Shown here: one piece after another, positions 18,801-27,334 of the stretch
How the letters are laid out: each line of letters starts with the position of its first letter
Numbering within the stretch: the stretch's first letter is position 1
Origin: a virus
IMG/VR virus record: IMGVR_UViG_3300000176_000008
Span: 5,609-69,608 of that record
Length of the DNA: 64,000 nucleotides
Reading direction: 5' to 3' (one strand)
Program-made: the position numbers and the translations under genes
The notes under the pieces: generated by a model
The model's input: the letters and a program-made list of their open reading frames with translations, nothing else
Databases searched by the model: none
Told to the model about the DNA's origin: nothing

Positions 18801-20208
18801 GATTTTGCTGTCCTTGGTTAATGGTCATGCCCACTGTGAGTTGACCAGAAGAAGTTGTAATTACAATGCTACTGGTATTTGCAATCCATGTACCTGTTCC
18901 TACGGCCAGTGGTAGTTGAACTGTTTGATTAGGTACAAACAATGTACCATCTTTTAACCAAGGTCCAGTTAGGTTGGTACAGTTTTGTATGTAGGGACTG
19001 TGATAAATGTCAATTAATGTACTGGTATCAGTACTGATGCTGATAGGAAATGCCGTTGCATACGCACCACGGTTATAACCAGTGTCATAGCGACCCGGTA
19101 GTAGGCCACTGCGGCCATTTAAGAACTGCATGTTGCTGAGATAGCAGCCAGATGTTAAATGGAATAAATCCTGTGTCTTATTAATTGGCTCAATGCTGGT
19201 TGTTCTTAAGTCGCTACCTACTACACTGGTATAGGGCTTTAATAGAATAGGATTATTTTCTAGATATTTTCCAGGACTAACTTTAATCTGTGTACCTGAT
19301 TGATAGAACGGACTGCGAATAGCGCCACTGATAGTGCGGCAAGCACGACTAGGATCTTGTGCACGCCCATCGTTGGTATCATCACCGTCCATGGTAACGT
19401 ATAAGATATTAGTTACAACCGGTGCAGTACCAATTGGATTCTTACCACGAACACGAAGGTCACCGAATACATCAGTTGTGCCTGCACCTATGGCTACATT
19501 GCCCGAGCTAGCAGGTAGTTTTAAGAAGTTTTCATAGACTGTGGTTAGATAATCATCGGCAAAAGTTTCCCCTGCATACAATACACCGCCTAGAGTAATA
19601 TCTCCGCCTATGCCAACACCGCCATCTACTACTAGTGCACCACTGTCTGTGCTAGTCGTAGCAGTAGTTGATGATATTAAAACTTTCGATGCAGTTAATC
19701 TGCCTGTAGCTGCATTATAAGTTAATGCAGCATTACCCCAAAGATAAGCATCACTGTTTAAACTATCAGTGAATGAAATATAGTAGTCTTGATTGCTACT
19801 TGTAGAGTAAACAAATATAGAATCAGTAGCAGTACTAATACCACCGTTGGTAGCACGAGCAAGACGTCCGTAGATGTATCCACCTACAGCTAGATCTTTT
19901 TCAACACCAACTCCGCCGCCAAAATAGGCCTGCGCCATTTGACGTTGAGCGGTGGTACTGTAGTAAGTTCCTTGATCAATACCCATAGGGTCTTGACCCT
20001 GTGGACTGCAAGAACTACCAACATTGGGATTTGTATTACCTGTGGTACCTACAGTGGTGAATGAATTACTGACTACTAAATGACCAGTTGCACTAGTAAC
20101 TAGTTGAATATTTCCGTAAGGCGACTGAATAGACTGATTGCTAGATCCTTGTCCATTCTGTGCACTTGGGGGGATTATTCTTGTGCCTGATACCCGTGTT
20201 CCTGACAT
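15883..20208 (-). CDS. Large virion protein: fibre N-terminus, parallel beta-helix (pectin-lyase-like) region, inserted helical C-x-R-D repeats
   Basis: 1441 aa. ILYVTMDGDDTNDG...RTISGA...PGKYLE is a beta-helix start; SPYIQNCT and FTQLSQGGIG...YAQLVSVFTIFC follow; there are three CxRD helical repeats. Confidence 0.75.
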   Translation of the reverse strand: MSGTRVSGTRIIPPSAQNGQGSSNQSIQSPYGNIQLVTSATGHLVVSNSFTTVGTTGNTNPNVGSSCSPQGQDPMGIDQGTYYSTTAQRQMAQAYFGGGVGVEKDLAVGGYIYGRLARATNGGISTATDSIFVYSTSSNQDYYISFTDSLNSDAYLWGNAALTYNAATGRLTASKVLISSTTATTSTDSGALVVDGGVGIGGDITLGGVLYAGETFADDYLTTVYENFLKLPASSGNVAIGAGTTDVFGDLRVRGKNPIGTAPVVTNILYVTMDGDDTNDGRAQDPSRACRTISGAIRSPFYQSGTQIKVSPGKYLENNPILLKPYTSVVGSDLRTTSIEPINKTQDLFHLTSGCYLSNMQFLNGRSGLLPGRYDTGYNRGAYATAFPISISTDTSTLIDIYHSPYIQNCTNLTGPWLKDGTLFVPNQTVQLPLAVGTGTWIANTSSIVITTSSGQLTVGMTINQGQQNPGFFNARTLLLANKKFLQEQIIAWISTTYPSFVYNTAYCYRDVGIIVENVAYDAAFGGNANSVASGLAYWRGTTSVIQGETTQTVAAINQLLTWCLDIIANTSTGLSAITAAQVINTALTGGGVATSSITALFGIITSIITTGPSAAPDVYNGAGPDAAYVSAEVLLQSNRSFIQDQVVSYINNKYPTFTYNTTACFRDVGLIVDAVSQDILLGGNRRSVEAGLAYWNYGVNAVATEITTTTDAISYARDISLEIIGNVEASLAPGSTSSQVLNTFYQYGSAYIPRQAVARNYDIITSIINNGPSAAPIVYEGSSLFAATGVNAADTRVATTVTSVTTQSSGVYRIGLSTPTIGSGTNATLYFGNTYGWPLQDSDMDALSYSVTGNTSTWASRKVDPIGGMGGSLVDGAQVSARSPVQSFVYDAFTQLSQGGIGVRVTNNGYAQLVSVFTIFCDTAVQVDNGGIVSITNSNSNFGRLALVANGYGPRKFSGTVYNPANRAYPFSPGLLDPYYPNGFWPSKGSLVEIFTPDLINRPHISLIMEIVPPTTYINKAGLPGFLNAQPSTSTFTTGTVTITGLSTNGVYVGNSVYITDGLGSQTDSNGVLYAATGTTVIDVQYNSITLNQALTSGGSSNDPTYFTMYVSGNAYYTVLTSEVAAQPYAPGTNILAANTDPNFQGPSVSQIAAHLDVLTYMNTLVSAVVSNTTFTTSAGTTSTQVKDTNRTHGSSATTFISNEFTTIKNIVGAANLTAAQAVVPQASITTSGPDVPGAGDAIVLIEKNINFISDEIYHYILDTSADNTALNASTSSYQYNKCARDVALILQQLIYDLQSGGNYNAVYSGLSYWSRPGTYHIVELEEYVTDNNLFPDGATVNFYQRSYISASGYLFEYVGAGSNYGALPQNGVADPIQAQETVALNGGKVFFTSTDQNGDFRIGPELVISQANGVISGRAFTQSLFANMTPFILAIEGGS

Positions 20209-20238
20209 TTATTACATTCCTTTAGAGTATTTATTGGT

Positions 20239-20742
20239 TCAGCTTACCTGCATATCAATCGACCTAATGATAGGAACAGTGCTGTGCGGCCAACGAGGAT
20301 GGCTTTGATATCTTAACAGTAAACCAAAGCTAGAATCTTGAACCATTGCTGCAGATAGGTTCTTAACCTTCCAGGTATTAGTAACTCCGCCATAAACTGT
20401 AGTAGGATCCCAAGTTAAAAATGCAAGATTCTCGCCAATGGGTTCATCCTGATAACACAATTGAACAGTATCATCTGTGACTCTACCATGTCTTTCCATG
20501 GCAATGGTTACAGTGATGCCGGAAATTTGTTGAGGGAGATTGGTAAAATTAAATCCTGTGGCCTTTATATACCAAGTCTGCATGGTAATGTCATTTCTTG
20601 GTTGGCGACTAATATGCAATAAAGGCTTAACGGTGCTAACTCCTATAACACCTGCACTATATTTTAAATCAGTTATATTGTTATTCCACTCAATGTGAGA
20701 CGAATCTTCTGCATATTGAGATACAATGGTAGGAGTGGTCAT
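20239..20742 (-). CDS. Hypothetical structural protein (probable start 20742, MTTPTIV...)
   Basis: The ORF track gives 20239..20781, but that upstream start overlaps a terminator. TAAATA lies 4 nt before the ATG at 20742. Confidence 0.6.
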   Translation of the reverse strand: MTTPTIVSQYAEDSSHIEWNNNITDLKYSAGVIGVSTVKPLLHISRQPRNDITMQTWYIKATGFNFTNLPQQISGITVTIAMERHGRVTDDTVQLCYQDEPIGENLAFLTWDPTTVYGGVTNTWKVKNLSAAMVQDSSFGLLLRYQSHPRWPHSTVPIIRSIDMQVS

Positions 20743-20779
20743 CCTATATTTACCATAATTTTTTATATGTAGATAAAAC

Positions 20780-20804
20780 AAAAAAGGACTCCGAAGAGTC
20801 CTTT
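20780..20804 (-). terminator. Rho-independent terminator with cUUCGg loop
   Basis: aaaggactc-cgaa-gagtccttt with a U tract on the minus strand, after the stop at 20826. Confidence 0.85.
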
Positions 20805-20825
20805 CTAATTAGCAGTAAAATCTAA

Positions 20826-21725
20826 TTAATTAGATTGAATACCAACTTTGGTAGAGGTAGCATTAGCCCATCCTAGAACCCAACCAGCAACTGAGTCATT
20901 GGCAAATAACCAAGCGTTAGCACCGTTTTGTGTTTTGCGCCATAGGCTGGCTTTTTTGCCTGTTAGCTTTTGAACTGTATAGCTATTACCATTGCCATCT
21001 TTGGCAACAATTTGCATTGTGCCAGCTACGACTGTAGAAGTAGTTAATTTAACAACACCGCGACCTTGATCGCTTTCTACTAGATAGCTACGAGCACCGT
21101 GTTGTTTAAGGATAGCAGATGCCGTTGCGCTGCTGCCTGTTGACAAATAAGCTGTAGCAGCAATTGTTCCAACATCAGTTTCTAAGTGTGTTAGACCAGT
21201 TGCGAATACTGCACCAGTACCAGCATCGCTGAATACTAGGTTAGTTGCACTAGACCAAGAACCGTTGTTGTTTTGTGTAGAAGAAATGATGTTGCCGTTG
21301 ATAGCAGTAATATAACCGCTGATACCAGTTGCAGCACCAGAAATCAACATACCTACACTAAGTCCGGCAGTTGTTGATACAGTAAATGTATTTCTTGTAT
21401 TGACACCAGAGGTAGCTCCGGCAAAGTTTACAGTAGCAGGTTTAATAATACTAACTGTAGGATTGCTAGAATAACCAGCACCTGGATTAGTGATTGTAGC
21501 ACCAGTAATGCCGCCGTTGGCAGTAGGCGAAGCAATAGTAATAGAAGCTGTGGCATTTACACTATCACCAGATGCGTCTGGACCAGAAATTACAATAGTA
21601 GCAGCTTGTGAATAGTGCGAACCTGTGTTTGATACCGCAATTGTAACACCTTCATATTTTACTGCATAGCTAGTGTCTTTAGCACCGCTTTTTACGAAAT
21701 ATCTTGCTTTTAGAGGACGTCCCAT
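20826..21725 (-). CDS. Virion structural protein (possibly head decoration/fibre)
   Basis: 299 aa, MGRPL start with a strong AAGGAG SD and a GITGATITNPGAGYSSNPTV motif. It has its own late promoter and terminator and lies next to the capsid gene. Confidence 0.7.
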   Translation of the reverse strand: MGRPLKARYFVKSGAKDTSYAVKYEGVTIAVSNTGSHYSQAATIVISGPDASGDSVNATASITIASPTANGGITGATITNPGAGYSSNPTVSIIKPATVNFAGATSGVNTRNTFTVSTTAGLSVGMLISGAATGISGYITAINGNIISSTQNNNGSWSSATNLVFSDAGTGAVFATGLTHLETDVGTIAATAYLSTGSSATASAILKQHGARSYLVESDQGRGVVKLTTSTVVAGTMQIVAKDGNGNSYTVQKLTGKKASLWRKTQNGANAWLFANDSVAGWVLGWANATSTKVGIQSN

Positions 21726-21749
21726 TTTGTTTTCTCCTTAATGTTTAAG

Positions 21750-21817
21750 ACCGTTCTATGATCTACGCAGTTGGATTTCTGCATAAACTCTCCGTTAAGA
21801 GCGAACAGTGTTATTTA
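21750..21817 (-). promoter_or_regulatory. Late promoter (TAAATA 21812-21817) plus a three-way-junction 5' leader
   Basis: On the minus strand, actgttc/gaacggt closes ctct-taacgg-agag and tttatgcag-aaatccaa-ctgcgtaga. Confidence 0.55.
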
Positions 21818-21818
21818 G

Positions 21819-22004
21819 TCAATCCTCAAGATAGGGCAATCCGCTAGGTATTATTGTAGTCGAACCGTCTTTTAAGTTAAGTTCATATTCCGTTCTATCT
21901 GCACTTAAACTAATACCATTACAATCTGCAATGCTAATACCTGCTTGTTCCAAAGCTTCATTTAATACATCTCTCATCATTTTTTCATATTGCCTTGAGT
22001 TCAT
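21819..22004 (-). CDS. Small hypothetical protein
   Basis: 61-aa ORF, coupled to the upstream endonuclease by an ATGA overlap. Confidence 0.55.
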   Translation of the reverse strand: MNSRQYEKMMRDVLNEALEQAGISIADCNGISLSADRTEYELNLKDGSTTIIPSGLPYLED

Positions 22005-22795
22005 TTTGTTTTTCCTTTACATTTATCACCATGCCATCTTACGTACATACCTATACTAGATTCTTTACCGCAATGCTCACATATTTTCTTTTGTTGACTT
22101 GGATGTCGTCCTTCGGCTAATCTTTTAAGATTGCTTTCACTACCTACAAAATTATGTGTACCTTCTGCAATACGTTTATTATTAAGTTCAGCACCTAGAA
22201 AGTTATGTCGACCTTCTTCAACTAATTTCTTATTTAATTTTCCATCAGCGTTTGGACTTTTTCCATCTTGCCAATGGTGTATACCTTGTTCGCTGCGCCA
22301 TATACTAGGATTATTAGTTTGAAAGATATTTCTTCCTTGTTTAACAGTATTTCGCGATACTGATCCGCCTTTATTTGGATGATCTTTAGACCATACATGA
22401 ATACCTTTTTTATATTTTTCTATTTGTAGATCTCTGATCTGTTCACGTTTTTCTGGTTGTGTATGAGTCCAATGATTATCACCTTTAAACTTTTCCTTAA
22501 CTTCGGATCGTTTCATAGGATTTGAATCGCCAACGGGGGCACCAGTACCTCTATTACTCATATTCATACAATTTAGTTTTCCGAAATGTTCTGCAAGATA
22601 CCTATCTTCAGCCTCTATTAAAGACTGTTGATCTGAAAAATATTCCAATATTTCTCTGGTAAGAATGGATTTATCTTTTATAGAACTCGGCCAGCGTCCT
22701 GAACCAATATATCCGTCGTTTTCATTATCAGTACTATGTCTACCAATATAGTATTTTCCATTAGGATGGGATGTTTTATATATGAAATGTTTCAT
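22001..22795 (-). CDS. Free-standing GIY-YIG (Seg-like) homing endonuclease
   Basis: FIYKT...KYYIGRHST...GYIGSG...REILE...E catalytic domain, repeated EGxHNFxG modules, and C-terminal CEHC...RWHGDKC. Probable start is the ATG at 22795. Confidence 0.8.
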   Translation of the reverse strand: MKHFIYKTSHPNGKYYIGRHSTDNENDGYIGSGRWPSSIKDKSILTREILEYFSDQQSLIEAEDRYLAEHFGKLNCMNMSNRGTGAPVGDSNPMKRSEVKEKFKGDNHWTHTQPEKREQIRDLQIEKYKKGIHVWSKDHPNKGGSVSRNTVKQGRNIFQTNNPSIWRSEQGIHHWQDGKSPNADGKLNKKLVEEGRHNFLGAELNNKRIAEGTHNFVGSESNLKRLAEGRHPSQQKKICEHCGKESSIGMYVRWHGDKCKGKTK

Positions 22796-22827
22796 ACTAT
22801 TATTTAGTATAGTCTGCTGCATTACAT

Positions 22828-22856
22828 ATTATAATAGATACAAAACAAACAGTCAA
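22828..22856 (-). promoter_or_regulatory. sigma70-type promoter TTGACT-N17-TATAAT
   Basis: -35 at 22851-22856 and -10 at 22828-22833 on the minus strand, directly upstream of the GIY-YIG gene. Confidence 0.75.
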
Positions 22857-22882
22857 AAGAAAACCCGCCGAAGCGGGTTTTT
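22856..22882 (-). terminator. Rho-independent terminator after the major capsid gene (cUUCGg loop)
   Basis: aaacccgc-cgaa-gcgggttt flanked by A/T tracts. Confidence 0.85.
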
Positions 22883-22901
22883 AGAAATCCAGGTAAATGG
22901 A

Positions 22902-24089
22902 TTATTGGAAGCTAACTGTGCTAGAGTTGATAGAAACTTTAGCTAGGTAGTCAGCTGCATTTCCTAGGCTCGAGGCCGTGTTATTCAATTCTACGTACCC
23001 ATAGCGAGTCAAGAAGCCAACTACTGGTTCGAAAGTAGCTGGATCTAGAACAACACCAGAGCTCATTAGAGGAATGTAAGGGCAATAGAACGCAGCAGCG
23101 TCAGCTTCTGAAGCGCCTTTGTAGCCTAACAATACTTGGTTGTCTTGAATGCTTTGTGAACCGCTATCTTGTAGATAAGCGTCAACATAAACACGCATAG
23201 AACCATTCAATGTACCAACAAACTTGGTGTTTGTAGGAGCTTCGAATGTACCTTCTGTAGTACGAGCGAAAGCACTGGTAGTAGCAGATTGTAGAATTGT
23301 AAGAGCTTGGTTAGAAATAACAGCCCAGTTAGCAGCACCACGACGTGTACGTTGAGCGATCAAGTTAGCAGCACGGTTGATCATGATGGCCAAAGCGGCG
23401 TGTTCATCACCAACGAATGTAGCTGTACCAGAAACCAACGATTGGTCATAAGTCTGTTCAACTGTAGCCAAGCCACGTAGGCTAGCTAGGATTTCTTGAT
23501 CGATTTCAGCTGTGATTTCTTGAGCTAGAGCAGCCATGATTTCAGCTTCGATATCGATACCTTGTTGAGCTTGTGCATCTTGAGCAGCTTCGAAGGTCCA
23601 ACGTGCGCTTAGTTTGCGTGATTTGGCTTCAACGCTGGCTTTCAAGATTTGAATGCTCATGCGGTTACCTGGTTGACCTTCAAGTGTGCTAGTAGCAGCA
23701 GCGCCTGGTGTGGTGCTGTTGTTGTTACCAGAATAGGCTTGAGCGATCTTGAATGGGCTTAATGCTTCTTCACCAGCTACTACTTCGTTGCTAGAATCAG
23801 CATAACGAACACGTAGTGTGTGGATTTGACCAACTGGACCAGTCATTGGTTGAACACCGATGATTTCGTTGGCAATAACTGTAGGCATAACACGACGGAT
23901 AACAGGTAGAATAACACGGTTTAGTGTTGCTACGTTACCAGCACTTGTTGCACCAGCAGTTGCGCTTTCAGCCAAATACTTACGTGTGTTTTCTAAGCAA
24001 ACTTGCATAGAAGAACGACGTGTACCAGATAGGCCTTCAAGCAGAGCGTCTTTGGTCTCTGACCATCTTTCGTTTAATAGTTGTGACAT
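22902..24089 (-). CDS. gp23: Major capsid protein, T4 gp23-like
   Basis: Hallmark motifs IGVQPMTGPVGQI, KSRKLSARWTFEAAQD, EITAEIDQEI, YCPYIPL and TRYG. Confidence 0.95.
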   Translation of the reverse strand: MSQLLNERWSETKDALLEGLSGTRRSSMQVCLENTRKYLAESATAGATSAGNVATLNRVILPVIRRVMPTVIANEIIGVQPMTGPVGQIHTLRVRYADSSNEVVAGEEALSPFKIAQAYSGNNNSTTPGAAATSTLEGQPGNRMSIQILKASVEAKSRKLSARWTFEAAQDAQAQQGIDIEAEIMAALAQEITAEIDQEILASLRGLATVEQTYDQSLVSGTATFVGDEHAALAIMINRAANLIAQRTRRGAANWAVISNQALTILQSATTSAFARTTEGTFEAPTNTKFVGTLNGSMRVYVDAYLQDSGSQSIQDNQVLLGYKGASEADAAAFYCPYIPLMSSGVVLDPATFEPVVGFLTRYGYVELNNTASSLGNAADYLAKVSINSSTVSFQ

Positions 24090-24114
24090 TTTATTTGTCT
24101 CCTTGAATTATAAA

Positions 24115-25209
24115 TTATTTGGATAGGCCCGCCAACTTGCGGATGTCCAAAATATTGTCTAAGCCTACCTCGGCTTTCATTTCACGATTTCCAGTTACTT
24201 CAGCACTTTCACTTAACATAGCTTTCTTAGGAGCTACTTTACGTGATTGTCCTTCCATCACTGCTGGTAGGTATTTGTCAAAAGATTCATTTAGTTTCTT
24301 AGTTGGAACAGATTCCAACAATTCCTTCATGATCTCTCTCTTATCGGCACCTAACGGAGCCAACAACTCGCCTAATGCAGCTTTGCGTTCCATCAAATCT
24401 TTTGTAACACGAAGGTCGCGTTGTGTGGATTCTACTAGATGCGCTTTTTCTTCAACGGCTTGTTTTGCTTCTGCTAGTTCTTGTTCTTTCTTTTCGATGA
24501 TCTTTAACAATTTACTTGTTTCAGATTTTTCGTTAAGGAAGGAACCAGCAAACTCTTGTGCAAATGCTTCATAGATCTTACGACCAAAGTCATTGTTACG
24601 AGCAGAGTCAATGTCTTCTTTCAATTGCTTGATTTCAGATGTTAACTTACGAGTAACAGTGGCTTCAACGACCTTGGCAGAGCGTTGAATGAAGTCTTGC
24701 TTAATTTCACTAAACTTGCTTTTTGCTTCACGAACTAGCTTGACTTTAGTTTCAGCTAGGTCCTTCTTATCAGCGGCAAATTCATTGATTTCTTTAGATA
24801 GAGCGTGAACTACGAATTGCTCTAACTTGTTAAAGTTCTCAGAAACTTTTTTACGGTCTCCTTGGAACTCAACCAATTCTTTTCCAAGTTGCTTGATTAC
24901 AAAACCTTCTAGTTTTTTAGCATCTTCTGCAACCTTAGTACGGTATGCAGCTTTTGCTTCAGCTAGGGCCTTTTTGTCTTCATGCAATTCAGACATCTCA
25001 GCGGTTAGGCGATCGCTTAACATCTTGTCGATTGCTTCTACCATAACTTGTTTGTCATGTGTATACTTTTGTGCAAACTCTTCACGAAGTTCAGCAGTCA
25101 CTTGGTCGCGTGTTTCTTGTAGTTTAGTTGCAAGGGCAGTTTCGACAACTTGTTGTGTCTCTACTGTCATTACACCTGACTCTACTAATTGTTTGAATGC
25201 GTCCAACAT
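24115..25209 (-). CDS. gp22: Prohead core scaffold protein, gp22-like
   Basis: 364-aa Glu/Lys-rich coiled coil between the protease and capsid genes. Confidence 0.8.
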   Translation of the reverse strand: MLDAFKQLVESGVMTVETQQVVETALATKLQETRDQVTAELREEFAQKYTHDKQVMVEAIDKMLSDRLTAEMSELHEDKKALAEAKAAYRTKVAEDAKKLEGFVIKQLGKELVEFQGDRKKVSENFNKLEQFVVHALSKEINEFAADKKDLAETKVKLVREAKSKFSEIKQDFIQRSAKVVEATVTRKLTSEIKQLKEDIDSARNNDFGRKIYEAFAQEFAGSFLNEKSETSKLLKIIEKKEQELAEAKQAVEEKAHLVESTQRDLRVTKDLMERKAALGELLAPLGADKREIMKELLESVPTKKLNESFDKYLPAVMEGQSRKVAPKKAMLSESAEVTGNREMKAEVGLDNILDIRKLAGLSK

Positions 25210-25225
25210 TTATTTCTCCTCGGGC

Positions 25226-25858
25226 TTATTTTAGACCTTTAATAATATTCAAGAGCGATTCTTGAAGATATTTCTGGGCCTTTGGATCTTCTTTTACTTC
25301 TTGTGCTACACGGAATGCTCTTGCACCACCACGAGCATTCATTAAATGTTCGTAAACTGGTGTAGGGTACGCTCCAGGAGCACTTGGTTGGGCAACTACG
25401 TCTACTGTGATAATCTCGAAGTCGGATACATGGCCGTTCATGTCGTTGACATTGCCGCTACCACGAGAACTTACGCCAAGTTTTACACCTGCTTCAAGCA
25501 TAGTACGTACTAAGTTTCCCATTGGTGTAGGTAAAATTTTCATCTTACCATAACCATTTGGACCTTCCATCCACATTTGAGTGATCATATGGGATACACG
25601 GTCTAAATTTACTTTTAGATCATCAGGATGATCAACTTCTCCTAGCACTGAATAACCATTTTTAATTTGGTCATTTAATGCATTAACTGCACGTTCAATT
25701 TCATCTACAGGATAGACTCGTTGATTGGCATTACGGATACCACCTTGAATGGCAATACCTTTTAGGTAAAGACTTTTGCCATCCTTGTCGTCAGACTCCA
25801 TAACAATGGAAGCCTGGTCGAAGCTTAGATGTTCACGTAAGTAGGAGAATTTGCTCAT
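25226..25858 (-). CDS. gp21: Prohead protease, gp21-like
   Basis: NANQRVYP, LGEVDHP, GVSSRGSG and DVVAQPSAPGA catalytic motifs. Confidence 0.95.
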   Translation of the reverse strand: MSKFSYLREHLSFDQASIVMESDDKDGKSLYLKGIAIQGGIRNANQRVYPVDEIERAVNALNDQIKNGYSVLGEVDHPDDLKVNLDRVSHMITQMWMEGPNGYGKMKILPTPMGNLVRTMLEAGVKLGVSSRGSGNVNDMNGHVSDFEIITVDVVAQPSAPGAYPTPVYEHLMNARGGARAFRVAQEVKEDPKAQKYLQESLLNIIKGLK

Positions 25859-25871
25859 CCGTGTTCTCTAA

Positions 25872-26894
25872 TTATTTTGTATGTTGTGGAAGGAATTGAC
25901 CTTTGGATCCATTAGCATCGCTAGTTTGACCCGCTTTGTCACCTTTACCGGAACCAACTGGACCTGGGGTCTTGTTGTTTCCTGGATATCCAGAACCTTG
26001 TTTCTTCAAGTTTTTAACACCAGCTTTACCGCCTGGGGCGCTGTTGGTTTCCCAATCTTTACCAGTAAACTGTTCGCCGCTGTCTTTAGCAATACCTTTG
26101 TTTACTTTGTTAGGTGTAGTACCTGTGGTATGGCCTTCTGTAGTGCTCATATCGCCTAGGATGTTGCTGGCATTAGCACCTGTGTTAGGTTTGCCTTTAC
26201 CAGAACTTACTGGGCTACGACCTTCTACTGGACGGCTTTGTGTTTCACCGCTAGCAGCACCGGCGTAGTCGCCTTGTTGTTTTTGTGTGTTGCCACCGTA
26301 GTTGTGACCAACTTTTTCAACGTATTCGCGTGTCATACGACGCCCTTCGAATGCTGGTTGACCCATCATTTCGTCTTCGCCTTCTTCATCACCAAACTCG
26401 TTGTCCATACCCATTTCGGCTTCTTCGCCGCCTTGAGCACGTTCTAGTTCTGCGAAAGCAGCTTCTAGTTCAGCAATAGCGTTCTTGATATCATAGATAG
26501 CAGAATCTTCTTGACCTTCATGACCGTGTTCGTCATCTTCTGGACCGTTAGCGCCGATTTCACCACCAAACTCGTCAGCAGCATCACCTTCTTCGCCGCC
26601 TTCGAAACCGTCGGCACCGTCCATCATGTAAGAATCTTCTAATTCTTCTTCGGATTCATCCATTTCTTCTTCGTCCATGGACTCGTCGACTTTATCTTCG
26701 TCTTCTTCGTCTTTGGCTTCATCCATTTCTTCGTCTTCTGCAGACTCTTCCATTTCCTCATCTTCTTCTTCAGCGATAAGGTTTTCGTAGATTGTACGTG
26801 ACTTCTCAACAACGATTTCGTGGAATAGAGCGTTAGCACCTTCCATGTCTTCGTTTACAAGTAAGTCTAATAATTGTTCAAATTTTGTAGACAT
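25872..26894 (-). CDS. Highly acidic prohead core/internal protein
   Basis: 340 aa with an Asp/Glu-rich N half, Gly/Lys-rich C half and many (L/M)xE sites; strong AGGAG SD; lies in the head operon. Confidence 0.65.
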   Translation of the reverse strand: MSTKFEQLLDLLVNEDMEGANALFHEIVVEKSRTIYENLIAEEEDEEMEESAEDEEMDEAKDEEDEDKVDESMDEEEMDESEEELEDSYMMDGADGFEGGEEGDAADEFGGEIGANGPEDDEHGHEGQEDSAIYDIKNAIAELEAAFAELERAQGGEEAEMGMDNEFGDEEGEDEMMGQPAFEGRRMTREYVEKVGHNYGGNTQKQQGDYAGAASGETQSRPVEGRSPVSSGKGKPNTGANASNILGDMSTTEGHTTGTTPNKVNKGIAKDSGEQFTGKDWETNSAPGGKAGVKNLKKQGSGYPGNNKTPGPVGSGKGDKAGQTSDANGSKGQFLPQHTK

Positions 26895-27077
26895 GTTATA
26901 AATTTCTCCTATTAGGGTAGCGGCAAGGCTGTATGGTATTTACTATACCGCGGAAATTTATATACGAAATAGGCCTAAAACGAGCCGTTTTGACCTTGAT
27001 GACGCAGAATTACTTCTGGTTTTTGAATTTTTCTGTCTAAAATATTTAGTTTTTAGACCGCACAGTTATCTTTGTAC

Positions 27078-27326
27078 TTATTGTGCTGCCGCTTCTGGCG
27101 GAGGAGCAGCGTACATTTTTCTCACTAACCCTAGTTCTTTACGATGTTCTTTGTCATGAGATTCGCTGGCTTTGCGTATATCATTGATCATTCTCAATGT
27201 TAAACGAGTCTTGCGAAGGTCTTTTTGCTTCAGAACATTGGTAGTATCATTCTGGCTGAGATACCTGCTGTCATCCTGAGGATCAGCATGTTCACGGTCA
27301 AAATAGATAAACTCTCTTAAAATCAT
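27078..27326 (-). CDS. Small head-module protein
   Basis: 82-aa ORF downstream of the portal gene, with an RKTRLTLxxINxxR motif. Confidence 0.7.
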   Translation of the reverse strand: MILREFIYFDREHADPQDDSRYLSQNDTTNVLKQKDLRKTRLTLRMINDIRKASESHDKEHRKELGLVRKMYAAPPPEAAAQ

Positions 27327-27334
27327 AGTAGTAT

